A stretch of 63,401 nt of DNA, counting the filler, from Pseudobdellovibrionaceae bacterium (GTDB taxonomy: Bacteria > Bdellovibrionota > Bdellovibrionia > Bdellovibrionales > UBA1609): the NCBI GenBank assembly GCA_030591685.1. It is 11 parts of 11 records of this genome, joined end to end, with 100 filler letters (N's around TTAATTAATTAA, not from the genome) between each part and the next. Parts side by side here need not be neighbours in the genome. Positions count along the whole stretch, not along the records: positions 47,964 to 52,101 come from JAUVAX010000084.1; positions 52,202 to 55,117 come from JAUVAX010000089.1; positions 55,218 to 60,174 come from JAUVAX010000080.1; 8 more parts are not named here. One strand, given 5' to 3'. Numbering within the stretch: the first letter of the stretch is position 1; the number at the start of each line of letters is the position of its first letter. This document shows positions 51,230 to 60,274 of this stretch, piece by piece. Both the position numbers and the translations under genes were made by a program. Below the pieces are notes generated by a model that worked only from the letters and a program-made list of their open reading frames with translations, had not been told where the DNA came from and made no database searches.

Positions 51230-51754
51230 TTAGTTGTAGAGCTCGTTATATTTGTAGTACCACTTGTAAATAGAGGTGGCCTTGATCGCCCGCCATAGCT
51301 TTGTCTTTTTAATCCTATCGACCACAGTGACTCGGTATTTTTTAACAAGTTTAAGGCTTAAAAAATAAATAAATGGGCTTAAAACAATAGCCACCACACC
51401 AGAGCCCATAACCACAGAGTTATTAAACTGAGTCATAGGCACGATGGGCATATTGTACATAGTCGTAAAAGCACTTTTTAACTGAGGGGCATTAAGCACT
51501 AAAACCCCCACCTTATGAAAGATAGGGTCTAATATATGGGCTGTGAGGGCAAAAAAAGCAGCACTTATAAAAGCTGCCCCCCCCTGAATACGAAATACAA
51601 AGATACAAATAAAAATCAAAAGGGTCTGTATAGACAGCCCAGGGCTCATACCTAATATAAACCCCACCGCAATGCCTGAGGCGATTTGGCTTGTGCCGGT
51701 CTCAGAGTTAAGGATTTTTAAAAACCCAAAGATTTGTTTTATTAAAAAACCCAT
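51230..51754 (-). CDS. TIGR03546 family membrane protein
   Basis: LNSE...QIA.G...G, DP.FH.VG, FNNSVVMGS. Confidence 0.8.
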   Translation of the reverse strand: MGFLIKQIFGFLKILNSETGTSQIASGIAVGFILGMSPGLSIQTLLIFICIFVFRIQGGAAFISAAFFALTAHILDPIFHKVGVLVLNAPQLKSAFTTMYNMPIVPMTQFNNSVVMGSGVVAIVLSPFIYFLSLKLVKKYRVTVVDRIKKTKLWRAIKATSIYKWYYKYNELYN

Positions 51755-51854
51755 AAAAGCGCCTCTTTTCAGCAAGTTAGTAACCCTAATAGTCTACGGG
51801 TACAACTTTAAGAGTCAACGCTCAAAAGCTTAAAGAGGCCTAGTTTAAACCCTA

Positions 51855-52101
51855 CTAATTAATCGGTCGGCAACGGGCAGGGTCTGATGTAAAAGATTGC
51901 TCTTTATTGATCGAAAGCGGCACAGTGTGTTGGTAGATCATATAAATCGAAAACACACAGGCGATAGTTTGCGCCCGGTCTTCAAATATAAATTTATGCT
52001 TCATGCCGCTGTTTAATGCGGGGTCTAAGCCTAAATCTTCTCGTATACCCACCTCAGTAGAGGTGACCCATACAAGCTTTGCGGCCCCGGCAGATAACTC
52101 A
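51855..52101 (-). CDS. hypothetical protein C-terminal fragment
   Basis: Frame open from the contig edge (ELSAGAAKLVWVTSTEVGIRED...). Confidence 0.45.
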
Positions 52102-52467
52102 NNNNNNNNNNNNNNNNNNNNNNNNNNNNNNNNNNNNNNNNNNNNTTAATTAATTAANNNNNNNNNNNNNNNNNNNNNNNNNNNNNNNNNNNNNNNNNNN
52201 NAATACCTTGGTTTCATTTGCTTGATCTTTCCCGCCCTCGGAGCCTGCGTTGCTCTCCATAACTATGTGAGATTGCAGATGATTAATTCTTTTAAGTCCG
52301 ACACGTCAACATTCCTGAAACCGGGGGCAAGTGCCTGGGTCCTGTTATCAAGTCCTGGCCCCTGTCATCGAGTGCCTGGCACTATGTCAAATTTACTAAA
52401 AGGGTTGTTTTTTCGGGGGCTTGACGCGTTGCGTGGTATATTGTGGGCACTAAAAAAGGAGTGCCCC

Positions 52468-53100
52468 ATGAAGGCCGTTATATTAGTTGGTTTACTGTTT
52501 TCAAGCCCTGTTTTTGCCACACTAGGCAGTATGCCTGCCCCTGCGGTACACAAGCACCTACCGTTGACTATAAACGTTCACTATACGGTTCATGAGTGTA
52601 AGAACGCTACTGGGAACATGGGTGTTGTCACCCAGTTAGTGGATGAGGACTTAACCTTTGAAACTAAAGATTTTTCATCCCAATATCTTAATAATGTTGA
52701 GAGGCTAGAGAGTCGCATTCAACATGACGCGAATATTGTTATTGATAACACTATGACTATCGTATCTAAAAAACAGGGAGTTACACTTTCCCTAATTACT
52801 TTACTTGAGGACTCGGAGAGTGAAAAAGGATTAAGAGACCTTACACTTAGATTACCCCTCGAAAAGGACAGTCGCGCAGAGGCCAGCTCAGGGCGCTGCA
52901 AAGATGAAAAAACGGATATAGGTAAACTGAGCCTTCACGTGAAGGTGTCTATAAAAGAAAATGCTCAAGCCGCTGCTAAGCCTAAGGCTAAAGAAGCCCC
53001 TACAGCGAAGATCGCTACAGTCGACCCTGTAGCAAGTGTTAAACCTACAAAAAACGATCAACCCCTAGTGATCGACAAAAAAGCCCCGGAAAAAAATTAA
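52468..53100 (+). CDS. hypothetical secreted protein
   Basis: AAGGAG RBS before ATG 52468; MKAVILVGLLFSSPVFA signal peptide; Ala/Lys/Pro tail. Confidence 0.7.
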   Translation: MKAVILVGLLFSSPVFATLGSMPAPAVHKHLPLTINVHYTVHECKNATGNMGVVTQLVDEDLTFETKDFSSQYLNNVERLESRIQHDANIVIDNTMTIVSKKQGVTLSLITLLEDSESEKGLRDLTLRLPLEKDSRAEASSGRCKDEKTDIGKLSLHVKVSIKENAQAAAKPKAKEAPTAKIATVDPVASVKPTKNDQPLVIDKKAPEKN

Positions 53101-53410
53101 ACTTAAAAGTTTAAACTAATAGTCAGTTTGGGGCTTAAACAAACACCCCTGAAAATCACCCCTCGCCCCCAAAGAGCCCTTGAAAACCTAAAGCTAAAAA
53201 GGCTTTTTTGTTATAAGACCTTACTTTTTATAGTGACGTTGTCACCCGGCTCAACTTAAGTGATTTACTTTTTTATGAAAGTATTTCAGCCTATGAGGCC
53301 ATAGAGACTATTTAGACCCTGAACATCATACAAAATACCTAAACTTAGCCCCTTTGATGGGTAAAACCTCCAAAAAGCCCTACAGTGCCCCTTATCCGGG
53401 GGGGTAATTT

Positions 53411-54202
53411 ATGGGGTTTATTTATGGTTTTTTATTGGCATTTTTTATAAGCCCATTGAGTGACGCCACCATGGCCCACCAACAAGTACTCGGTGGCGTA
53501 AATGTACCCCAAGGGGAGCATTTAAATGTTGTAGCCCTTACTGTGACCGGCAACGGTATTTACTGCACAGGTACACTTATAAAAGATAACATCATACTCA
53601 CCGCCGCCCACTGCCTGGATCAACCCATGGAGTACTACAGAATTTATGTTGGCTCTGGCAAAAGAATGATTTTTTTTAATGAGGACCGTAACTTTAAAGG
53701 CCAACACGAAGTTAAAAGCATACACCCCTACCCAAAGTACTTTGGTGACGACGGTGAAATACCACCGATTGATGACGAGCTCAATCGCTTTGATGTAGGC
53801 ATTATAGTGCTTAAAAAACCCATTTTAAATATTAAACCTATGAATGCTCTTATTAGTAAACAACTCGTAGCCCCCCTGATTGATGAGGAGAGTAACACCA
53901 CCATCATTGGGTTTGGGTTTCAAGAGCCTTACTTTTCTGTGGATGACATCCCCTTTGGAGAAAAAAAACGCATTGAACGACAAATTATAAAATATGAAAA
54001 CCCCTATATTTATGTCGACGGGCATATCATAGACACCTGCCAAATAGATAGTGGCGGTCCTTTAATGATCGAAACAAACGGTGAGTTTAGTGTTATTGGA
54101 GTGGTTTCGACCAAAGTGGATGGGGACTGTGGCGCGCCACCAGCAAGCCTCTACGCCCCACTTTTTGAGGTCGAAGAGTGGATCAGTCAGTTTTTAATTT
54201 AA
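53411..54202 (+). CDS. secreted trypsin-like (S1) serine protease
   Basis: CTGTLI, LTAAHC, DVGII, DSGGP. Confidence 0.9.
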   Translation: MGFIYGFLLAFFISPLSDATMAHQQVLGGVNVPQGEHLNVVALTVTGNGIYCTGTLIKDNIILTAAHCLDQPMEYYRIYVGSGKRMIFFNEDRNFKGQHEVKSIHPYPKYFGDDGEIPPIDDELNRFDVGIIVLKKPILNIKPMNALISKQLVAPLIDEESNTTIIGFGFQEPYFSVDDIPFGEKKRIERQIIKYENPYIYVDGHIIDTCQIDSGGPLMIETNGEFSVIGVVSTKVDGDCGAPPASLYAPLFEVEEWISQFLI

Positions 54203-54229
54203 AATTTTTATTCTTAAAAAACAGATTTT

Positions 54230-55009
54230 TTAAGCTTCGCTAAACTCTAGATCTTCAAAAAATTGATTTAACTTAGCTCTAAGGCGCGTAATGGCCTGGG
54301 CGTGCAATTGTGAAACCCGCGACTCTGTCACTCGCAACACTTTACCGATTTCTTTTAAGTTTAAATCTTCGTAATAATATAACGACAGCACGAGGCGCTG
54401 GCGTTCTGGTAAGTCCTCAATAGAGGTTGTGATGGTGTCTTTAACCGACTTTAAATTTAACTGACTAAATGGGTTACTGATTTTTGTACCATCGAGAATA
54501 CTCATAATAGATTTTTTATCCATCGTCGAGTAGGTCGCCTGCTCGTCTATAGATAAAACACTCACTGGGCGCACTTGGTTAACCAGATCATGAAACTCTT
54601 CAATAGACATGTTTAGTTTTTCGGCCACCTCTTCGTCTTTAGCATTACGCCCTAACTCGGCCTCTAGCTTAACAACAGCGCGGTCAAGCATTTTAGCCTT
54701 ATCGCGCACACTACGAGGGACCCAATCTTGAGCGCGTAGCTCATCTAATATAGACCCTCTAATACGAAATTCTGCATAGGTTTTAAATTTATTATCACGT
54801 GTGGGGTCGTACTTATCAATGGCATCCATAAGGCCAATAACACCACTTGAGATTAAATCATCTAACTCAATATTTGACGGCAAACGAATTGCAATTTTTT
54901 GTGCAATAAATTTAATTAAAGGCGCATACTCCATAATTAAACGATCCTTTTGATCGGTCGTTAATGTGTTGGGTTGCTCTTTGTATTTTTTTAGTAACGC
55001 ATTTGACAT
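54230..55009 (-). CDS. fliA: RNA polymerase sigma-28 factor (FliA/WhiG)
   Basis: FKTYAEFRIRGSILDELRAQDW, EIGKVLRVTESRVSQLH. Confidence 0.93.
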   Translation of the reverse strand: MSNALLKKYKEQPNTLTTDQKDRLIMEYAPLIKFIAQKIAIRLPSNIELDDLISSGVIGLMDAIDKYDPTRDNKFKTYAEFRIRGSILDELRAQDWVPRSVRDKAKMLDRAVVKLEAELGRNAKDEEVAEKLNMSIEEFHDLVNQVRPVSVLSIDEQATYSTMDKKSIMSILDGTKISNPFSQLNLKSVKDTITTSIEDLPERQRLVLSLYYYEDLNLKEIGKVLRVTESRVSQLHAQAITRLRAKLNQFFEDLEFSEA

Positions 55010-55243
55010 CTGTTCTCCACCCTCAACCTTAATTTTATCAAAATGAGATGTTAATTAAAAGTCCTGAATTTATCATGCCACCCCAACAACGTTTTGCCAA
55101 AAAAGCTGTACACCGCTNNNNNNNNNNNNNNNNNNNNNNNNNNNNNNNNNNNNNNNNNNNNTTAATTAATTAANNNNNNNNNNNNNNNNNNNNNNNNNNN
55201 NNNNNNNNNNNNNNNNNAGAAATTTAAATTTTAGCGCCTCTCA

Positions 55244-55280
55244 GGCCATTTAAATGCGTTGTAATACTAAAAAAGTGACC
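55244..55280 (+). repeat. ~36-bp direct repeat flanking hicAB (partner 56119-56154)
   Basis: GGCYATTTAAATGCGTTGTAATACTAAAAA(A)GTGACC at both sites. Confidence 0.9.
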
Positions 55281-55317
55281 GATCATTCGCTCTATTTCTG
55301 CGCAAGGTACTTTTGTC

Positions 55318-55737
55318 TCAAAATACCTTTTCAATTTTAAAGCCCGGGAACTTTTCTTTCACCAATGAGATCATTTTTAAATTTGGATTTGCTCCGATTT
55401 TTTCTAACCTCTGATATTGAAAAACATTTTTAAACCCAAGTGCTTTTTGGTAATCGTGCTGCCGCTTTTTATCACTCAACCTCATACTTTTTAAAAGAAT
55501 AGGGAAGGCCACCTCAGGCCTGACTTTAATCTTTTCAACAGCGGCTCGAATATTCTCACGAGGCTCCGGAAAAATGAAGTCACTGGCAACGGGCTCAGAT
55601 AAATGAGAGTTTAATGCTTCAGCCATATTCTCACGAAGTTTTTTCTTATTAGCTGCTTGAGTAAAGCACCCTTCGAGTTCAACACATTCAGCCCAATAAC
55701 CATCACTCTCTTTATGAACTTTAAAATGATAATACAT
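55318..55737 (-). CDS. hicB: HicB antitoxin with C-terminal HTH
   Basis: YWAECVELEGCFTQ...EAL; YQRLE...ANP. Confidence 0.88.
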   Translation of the reverse strand: MYYHFKVHKESDGYWAECVELEGCFTQAANKKKLRENMAEALNSHLSEPVASDFIFPEPRENIRAAVEKIKVRPEVAFPILLKSMRLSDKKRQHDYQKALGFKNVFQYQRLEKIGANPNLKMISLVKEKFPGFKIEKVF

Positions 55738-55740
55738 TAT

Positions 55741-55920
55741 TTATCCTTTTTTAAGTTTTTTCTCTAGGGCTTTTTCAAGCCCCTTTTTTAATTCTTTGTG
55801 CATTGGAATAGTAACTCTCATTTTACCTTTGCCAACTGTCACATGGGACCCTTTTTGCCTAAGCTTTTCCCAGCCCTCTCCAAGGTATTGCTTTAACATA
55901 TCCTTACCACTTCTCGGCAT
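55741..55920 (-). CDS. hicA: HicA toxin, 59 aa (not in the ORF track)
   Basis: Manual translation MPRSGKDMLKQYLGEGWEKLRQKGSHVTVGKGKMRVTIPMHKELKKGLEKALEKKLKKG. Confidence 0.9.
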   Translation of the reverse strand: MPRSGKDMLKQYLGEGWEKLRQKGSHVTVGKGKMRVTIPMHKELKKGLEKALEKKLKKG

Positions 55921-55932
55921 ATACCCCCCTTT

Positions 55933-55961
55933 ATCTTACCAAATATAGTTGGTAAGGTCAA
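55933..55961 (-). promoter_or_regulatory. sigma-70 promoter with palindromic operator for hicAB
   Basis: TTGACC-N17-TAAGAT; CTTACCAA-N6-TTGGTAAG. Confidence 0.8.
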
Positions 55962-56238
55962 CTGCGCCAAAAAACAGACACTTAGACAGCTTATAACGTT
56001 TCAAGCTGAGATAATCAATGAATTGAGTTCGGACTTCTATACACCACTCACCCATTAATCATCATAAACTTTTCTCATAATTAAGTGCCAGACAGCTAAC
56101 TACCTAGCTAAAACCATCGGCTATTTAAATGCGTTGTAATACTAAAAAGTGACCTATTACTTTACAGTGATGGGTAGAATTTTCATTGTTATGGTGGGGG
56201 TATGGAGAGCTTAAAGGGGCTGTGTTATACGTTAATAC

Positions 56239-57222
56239 ATGCGTTTTTGTTTTGTTTTTTTAGTGTTATTTTCGGTGTCAGCTCAAGCGAGTTATATAGG
56301 CCTTAAAGACCCTCGTACACCGACGCCCTCTAAAAGAGCTATGCAATTGTACAATGCCACGGGACTTGTGCTTAGCCACACCCCTGCCCTAAAAGGCACA
56401 AGGAGGCATACGGCCTTTATTTGTGAGCACCCTAAACTTATGTGTGCGAGTTATCATAGTATTTGTGACTCAATAAACCCTGACCCGAAACCAGACAGAG
56501 AGTTTACTGATTTTGTACCCCATTGGCCCGCTAAATCTACAGAGGCCATAAGTGTTGATTTAAATAAATCTTGGTTTGGTAAAAGAGATGCTAATGGCAA
56601 CAAGATTTACGGCGTTTGCCCAGTGGGTGATAAAGTCGACATGAATAGGCCTGTTTTATTACGACTTAAAAATTCTGTAACTAAAAAACACCCCCATATA
56701 AAGCCTGTAAAACTAATGGCCTTGGACCTAAAAAAGCTAAGAAGGCCTGCTTGGTTATCAGATGTCAGGTCTCCAGAGATAGAAAACTATTATAAGAGTT
56801 TAAATAAAAACGCCATCGCCATTGGTTACCACAATGAAATAGAAATTGACTCAGTCCCCGTGCATTTAAAACGAGACCGTAATGTAAAATACGTTCAAGA
56901 GACAGGGTTTAAATTAGTCACGCAGACAAATAAACATATTTATAATTTTGATGAGTATGTCAATAATGCAGCTTCTCTAGTGACCACGGGTTACTTTATA
57001 GATGAGTCTTCGGGCTCGCCCCAAGGGCAATGCCTTGATAACGGTCAGTGCCATGTTTATGCTATTCATGTAGGTCAGTTAGTTGATAGTTCTACAAATT
57101 GCTTGGCCTATCAGAAGTTGACTGAAAGCTCATCAAAGTGTCTCAATATGAGTCATGCCATTACCCCTAGCTTTAAAAGAGCTGTCGTAGATGAAGCTCA
57201 AAAGATCAATAGAGGGTATTGA
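56239..57222 (+). CDS. secreted protein, possible divergent trypsin-fold protease
   Basis: Signal peptide AQA; TAF...CASYHS; ESSGSP; YAIH. Confidence 0.55.
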   Translation: MRFCFVFLVLFSVSAQASYIGLKDPRTPTPSKRAMQLYNATGLVLSHTPALKGTRRHTAFICEHPKLMCASYHSICDSINPDPKPDREFTDFVPHWPAKSTEAISVDLNKSWFGKRDANGNKIYGVCPVGDKVDMNRPVLLRLKNSVTKKHPHIKPVKLMALDLKKLRRPAWLSDVRSPEIENYYKSLNKNAIAIGYHNEIEIDSVPVHLKRDRNVKYVQETGFKLVTQTNKHIYNFDEYVNNAASLVTTGYFIDESSGSPQGQCLDNGQCHVYAIHVGQLVDSSTNCLAYQKLTESSSKCLNMSHAITPSFKRAVVDEAQKINRGY

Positions 57223-57389
57223 CCTTTATTAGCCCGTTAAAGACAAACCTAATCAAGTTAAACCACTTTATTTTTTATAGAGACGAAGATTTAGTGGCCC
57301 ACATTAATTAAAGCCCTTGATTATTAAATTTAAAGCTTTTTAATGATTTTTTACTTATCTAAAGCCTAGACGGCCCCGATAAGCTCATT

Positions 57390-59297
57390 ATGAGATTTTT
57401 TGTTTTTATATTAGCAATGTGTACTTTTTTGGCCTATTCAGGCGCTGAAATGACCCCACAAGAGATAAATACTTTTTGCATGGAGAACAAGGGCTACCTA
57501 GCTAAGCATTATAACGATGATCGAGTCGCCTGCATTATTACTGATAAAACAGGTAAAACAGCCTATGCTATTGATGAGTTCGCCACTTTTAATATCACAG
57601 ATGATGAGGGGTTAAACTGGGGGATTGTTGTTGATTACACCTCCAATGATAGCGGAAACAGACACCAGTCTAAACTTAATGAAACCAATGATGCCTACAC
57701 CGACGCTGAACCACAACATGCCAATACCAACACCACTCAAACCAATAATACTTACTCCGACCAATCAACCCCCACTTCAAATAACCGTGCCCCTGCAGAG
57801 CAGATAAATGCGCTGGCGGCACCATATGAACCCCAACTGAGTGCGTACAAGGTGGATGATTTAACTTATACTTATGAGTCGCAGTGTCGGAGCTACCAGG
57901 TGTTTTCGTACAACTGTTGTACGAACCCTAAGTCTTGTTTAGAGCAAAATATGGTGGATGATGAATTTATGGTTTCAGGCACCTACTTAGCGCGTGAACT
58001 GTTGAAGTTTCAAAATACGGCCAGTCAGTTTAGTACTGCCGGAGGCAGTATTAGCAACAGCTGTGGGGCTATAAAAAACCTACTTATTATGGGCGCTGCT
58101 GTGGGTACGAGCATTGGGGTGATGTGCAATAAAGGCCGAGGCAAGTGCACAAAAACCTGTGGAGAAGTAAAAGACAAGGCTTTAGAGCTCGCTCGCTCCA
58201 GCGGGGTGAGTACCCTGGGAGGGCGTATTAATTGTGACTCAGCAAGCTCTGGCAGTAAGACCACGTGTTTAAAATTAAAAGCACTTATCAGAAATTCGCA
58301 AAGTAAACAAAACTACTGCCAAAACAACTTAGGGCAAGCCAGTGCCATGATCACCTCGCAAAATTTACTCACAGGGGTTATCGCGCAAAAATACGCCCTA
58401 TGTGAAGACAGTATAGAAGTTAAGGGCGCCGGGCTTACAGCAAACACACAGAGACCCTCGCTGAGCCGAGCGGACTGCTCAACTGGTACCAATGCCTCAC
58501 ACCCCATATGCATAAAGTGCAATGCCAACCCTAAGCTACAAGAGTGCGCGGGGGTTACTACTGGGAGCAATCAAGCCCGTAATGGGCCGAACCCAACAGG
58601 GCACCAAAGCCCCTCACTTATGGACTCTTCGCAGAGTGCCCTGAGTGAACAGCCCCCTGAAATAAGCCTAGGGGTTATTGATATTGAAGACCTACCTGAA
58701 GAGCCGAGCCTACAACCCACACCGGTTAAAAAAATAAATGCTCGAAGCATTAGTAAAGGCAACTCTCGTGGGCCTAAAAGGTTAGATGGCTTAAAGCCAC
58801 TAGGTGCTGTGAGTGGCACCCATACTCGGGCCAGGGCTGTGCCTGGTACTCGAGCTCAACGTGGGCACGTGCTCAGTGGGTTTTCAAATTACTCGACCTC
58901 TCGAGCCAGAGACATGAAGGCCCGTGCGCAGAGGTACATAGCCAGCCTCACCCCCGGGCAAAGAAGAGTGTTTAATAAAAGAGCCGACCGCGAGCTGCAG
59001 GCTTGGAAAAACAGAAAAATCGAAAAACTCACTTTTGCAAAACGATTTAAGGCTGCTGTAGCAAGCACATCAAAAGCGTTAAAAATAAACAAGGCCATTA
59101 AATCAGCGGGGCTTTTTAAAAGAAGACCAACGGGCCCTTACGGGCAAAGGCTAAGTGTACTTAGTAATTATGACGAAGTCAGTGTTCGTCAGCTGGCCTT
59201 TAATATTACAGTACTCGGAGGCGTTGCCTTAGTGCTTTTAAGCCTAGGGGTGCTGGTGTTTATAGTGCTCAAGAAAAAGGGAATATGGGAGAACTAA
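57390..59297 (+). CDS. Cys-rich exported protein with a C-terminal TM anchor
   Basis: Signal peptide; many Cys in the central region; basic region; TM followed by KKK. Confidence 0.7.
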   Translation: MRFFVFILAMCTFLAYSGAEMTPQEINTFCMENKGYLAKHYNDDRVACIITDKTGKTAYAIDEFATFNITDDEGLNWGIVVDYTSNDSGNRHQSKLNETNDAYTDAEPQHANTNTTQTNNTYSDQSTPTSNNRAPAEQINALAAPYEPQLSAYKVDDLTYTYESQCRSYQVFSYNCCTNPKSCLEQNMVDDEFMVSGTYLARELLKFQNTASQFSTAGGSISNSCGAIKNLLIMGAAVGTSIGVMCNKGRGKCTKTCGEVKDKALELARSSGVSTLGGRINCDSASSGSKTTCLKLKALIRNSQSKQNYCQNNLGQASAMITSQNLLTGVIAQKYALCEDSIEVKGAGLTANTQRPSLSRADCSTGTNASHPICIKCNANPKLQECAGVTTGSNQARNGPNPTGHQSPSLMDSSQSALSEQPPEISLGVIDIEDLPEEPSLQPTPVKKINARSISKGNSRGPKRLDGLKPLGAVSGTHTRARAVPGTRAQRGHVLSGFSNYSTSRARDMKARAQRYIASLTPGQRRVFNKRADRELQAWKNRKIEKLTFAKRFKAAVASTSKALKINKAIKSAGLFKRRPTGPYGQRLSVLSNYDEVSVRQLAFNITVLGGVALVLLSLGVLVFIVLKKKGIWEN

Positions 59298-59311
59298 AAG
59301 TTTCTTTTTGA

Positions 59312-59414
59312 TTATTACTTATTACTTATTACTTATTACTTATTACTTATTACTTATTACTTATTACTTATTACTTATTACTTATTACTTATTACTTATT
59401 ACTTATTACTTATT
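59312..59414. repeat. perfect 7-bp tandem repeat (TTATTAC) x14.7
   Basis: Directly visible; lies between convergent genes. Confidence 0.97.
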
Positions 59415-59461
59415 TAAAGCTCACCCTGGGGGGCTTTAAATGCTAAGGATTTATTATTATT

Positions 59462-60049
59462 TTACTCAGGCTCAGAGACTTCGATTTCATTACGGCGCCA
59501 AGAGGTTGAAGGGTAATCAATATCAATGGGGAAGTGAAACATTAGTGACATCATCGACATCTCAATAGTATCAAACTTTAAAGACTCTGTACTAATTGAA
59601 ACCAAAGTGTTGGGGCTAAAATAATAAGCGACTTCAAGAATGGTGCCGCTTTCAAATTGAGGAAAACCAACTTCCTCTGTAAAAAAGCCCATAATGGCCC
59701 CAAAATATATGCGCATAGGGATGTCCCACTCTATACCAAAACCAAGACCTGTTTTAGTGTACGTCTGAGTGGTGCTTGCGACCTTGTCTGATAAAAACGA
59801 CCCACGTAATTGTAATACCAAACTTAAATATCGCTCGCGAATGCCAAAACGATAATCAAGGTTACCAACATAAGCGCCCTCGTCTGAACTTGCGATGTCG
59901 TCTAACCCTAAGCCAATACCTAGTTCGTTATACAAGGTGAACTTTTCAAACTCAGCGGCCCTAACGCCATCAATACTCATAAAAAAACTGAGCGTAAAAA
60001 CACCAACAATTAAAGCTCGAAAAAGTCTCGACATACGACCCCCATACAT
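59462..60049 (-). CDS. hypothetical outer-membrane beta-barrel-like protein
   Basis: Signal peptide; amphipathic strands. Confidence 0.55.
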   Translation of the reverse strand: MYGGRMSRLFRALIVGVFTLSFFMSIDGVRAAEFEKFTLYNELGIGLGLDDIASSDEGAYVGNLDYRFGIRERYLSLVLQLRGSFLSDKVASTTQTYTKTGLGFGIEWDIPMRIYFGAIMGFFTEEVGFPQFESGTILEVAYYFSPNTLVSISTESLKFDTIEMSMMSLMFHFPIDIDYPSTSWRRNEIEVSEPE

Positions 60050-60274
60050 AGGTAAATTATGCCTAGCATAAAGGTCTGTTGCAAGTGTTAACTAGGACTA
60101 GGCTAGAGCAGCGCCGAAGTTACTTTTATAAATCAAATTCATTAGACAAAAGTCTTGCTTAAAAAGAGGGGGAGNNNNNNNNNNNNNNNNNNNNNNNNNN
60201 NNNNNNNNNNNNNNNNNNTTAATTAATTAANNNNNNNNNNNNNNNNNNNNNNNNNNNNNNNNNNNNNNNNNNNN

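Noticed and set aside
52222..52467. N-terminal 82 aa of the 292-aa ORF
   Set aside because: The RBS and signal peptide point to ATG 52468 as the real start
55244..56154. Integron attC or dif/pdif sites around hicAB
   Set aside because: No attC-like long inverted repeat and no convincing XerC/XerD arms by eye; no integrase in the window
59312..59414. CRISPR array
   Set aside because: Pure 7-bp tandem repeat with no spacers and no cas genes
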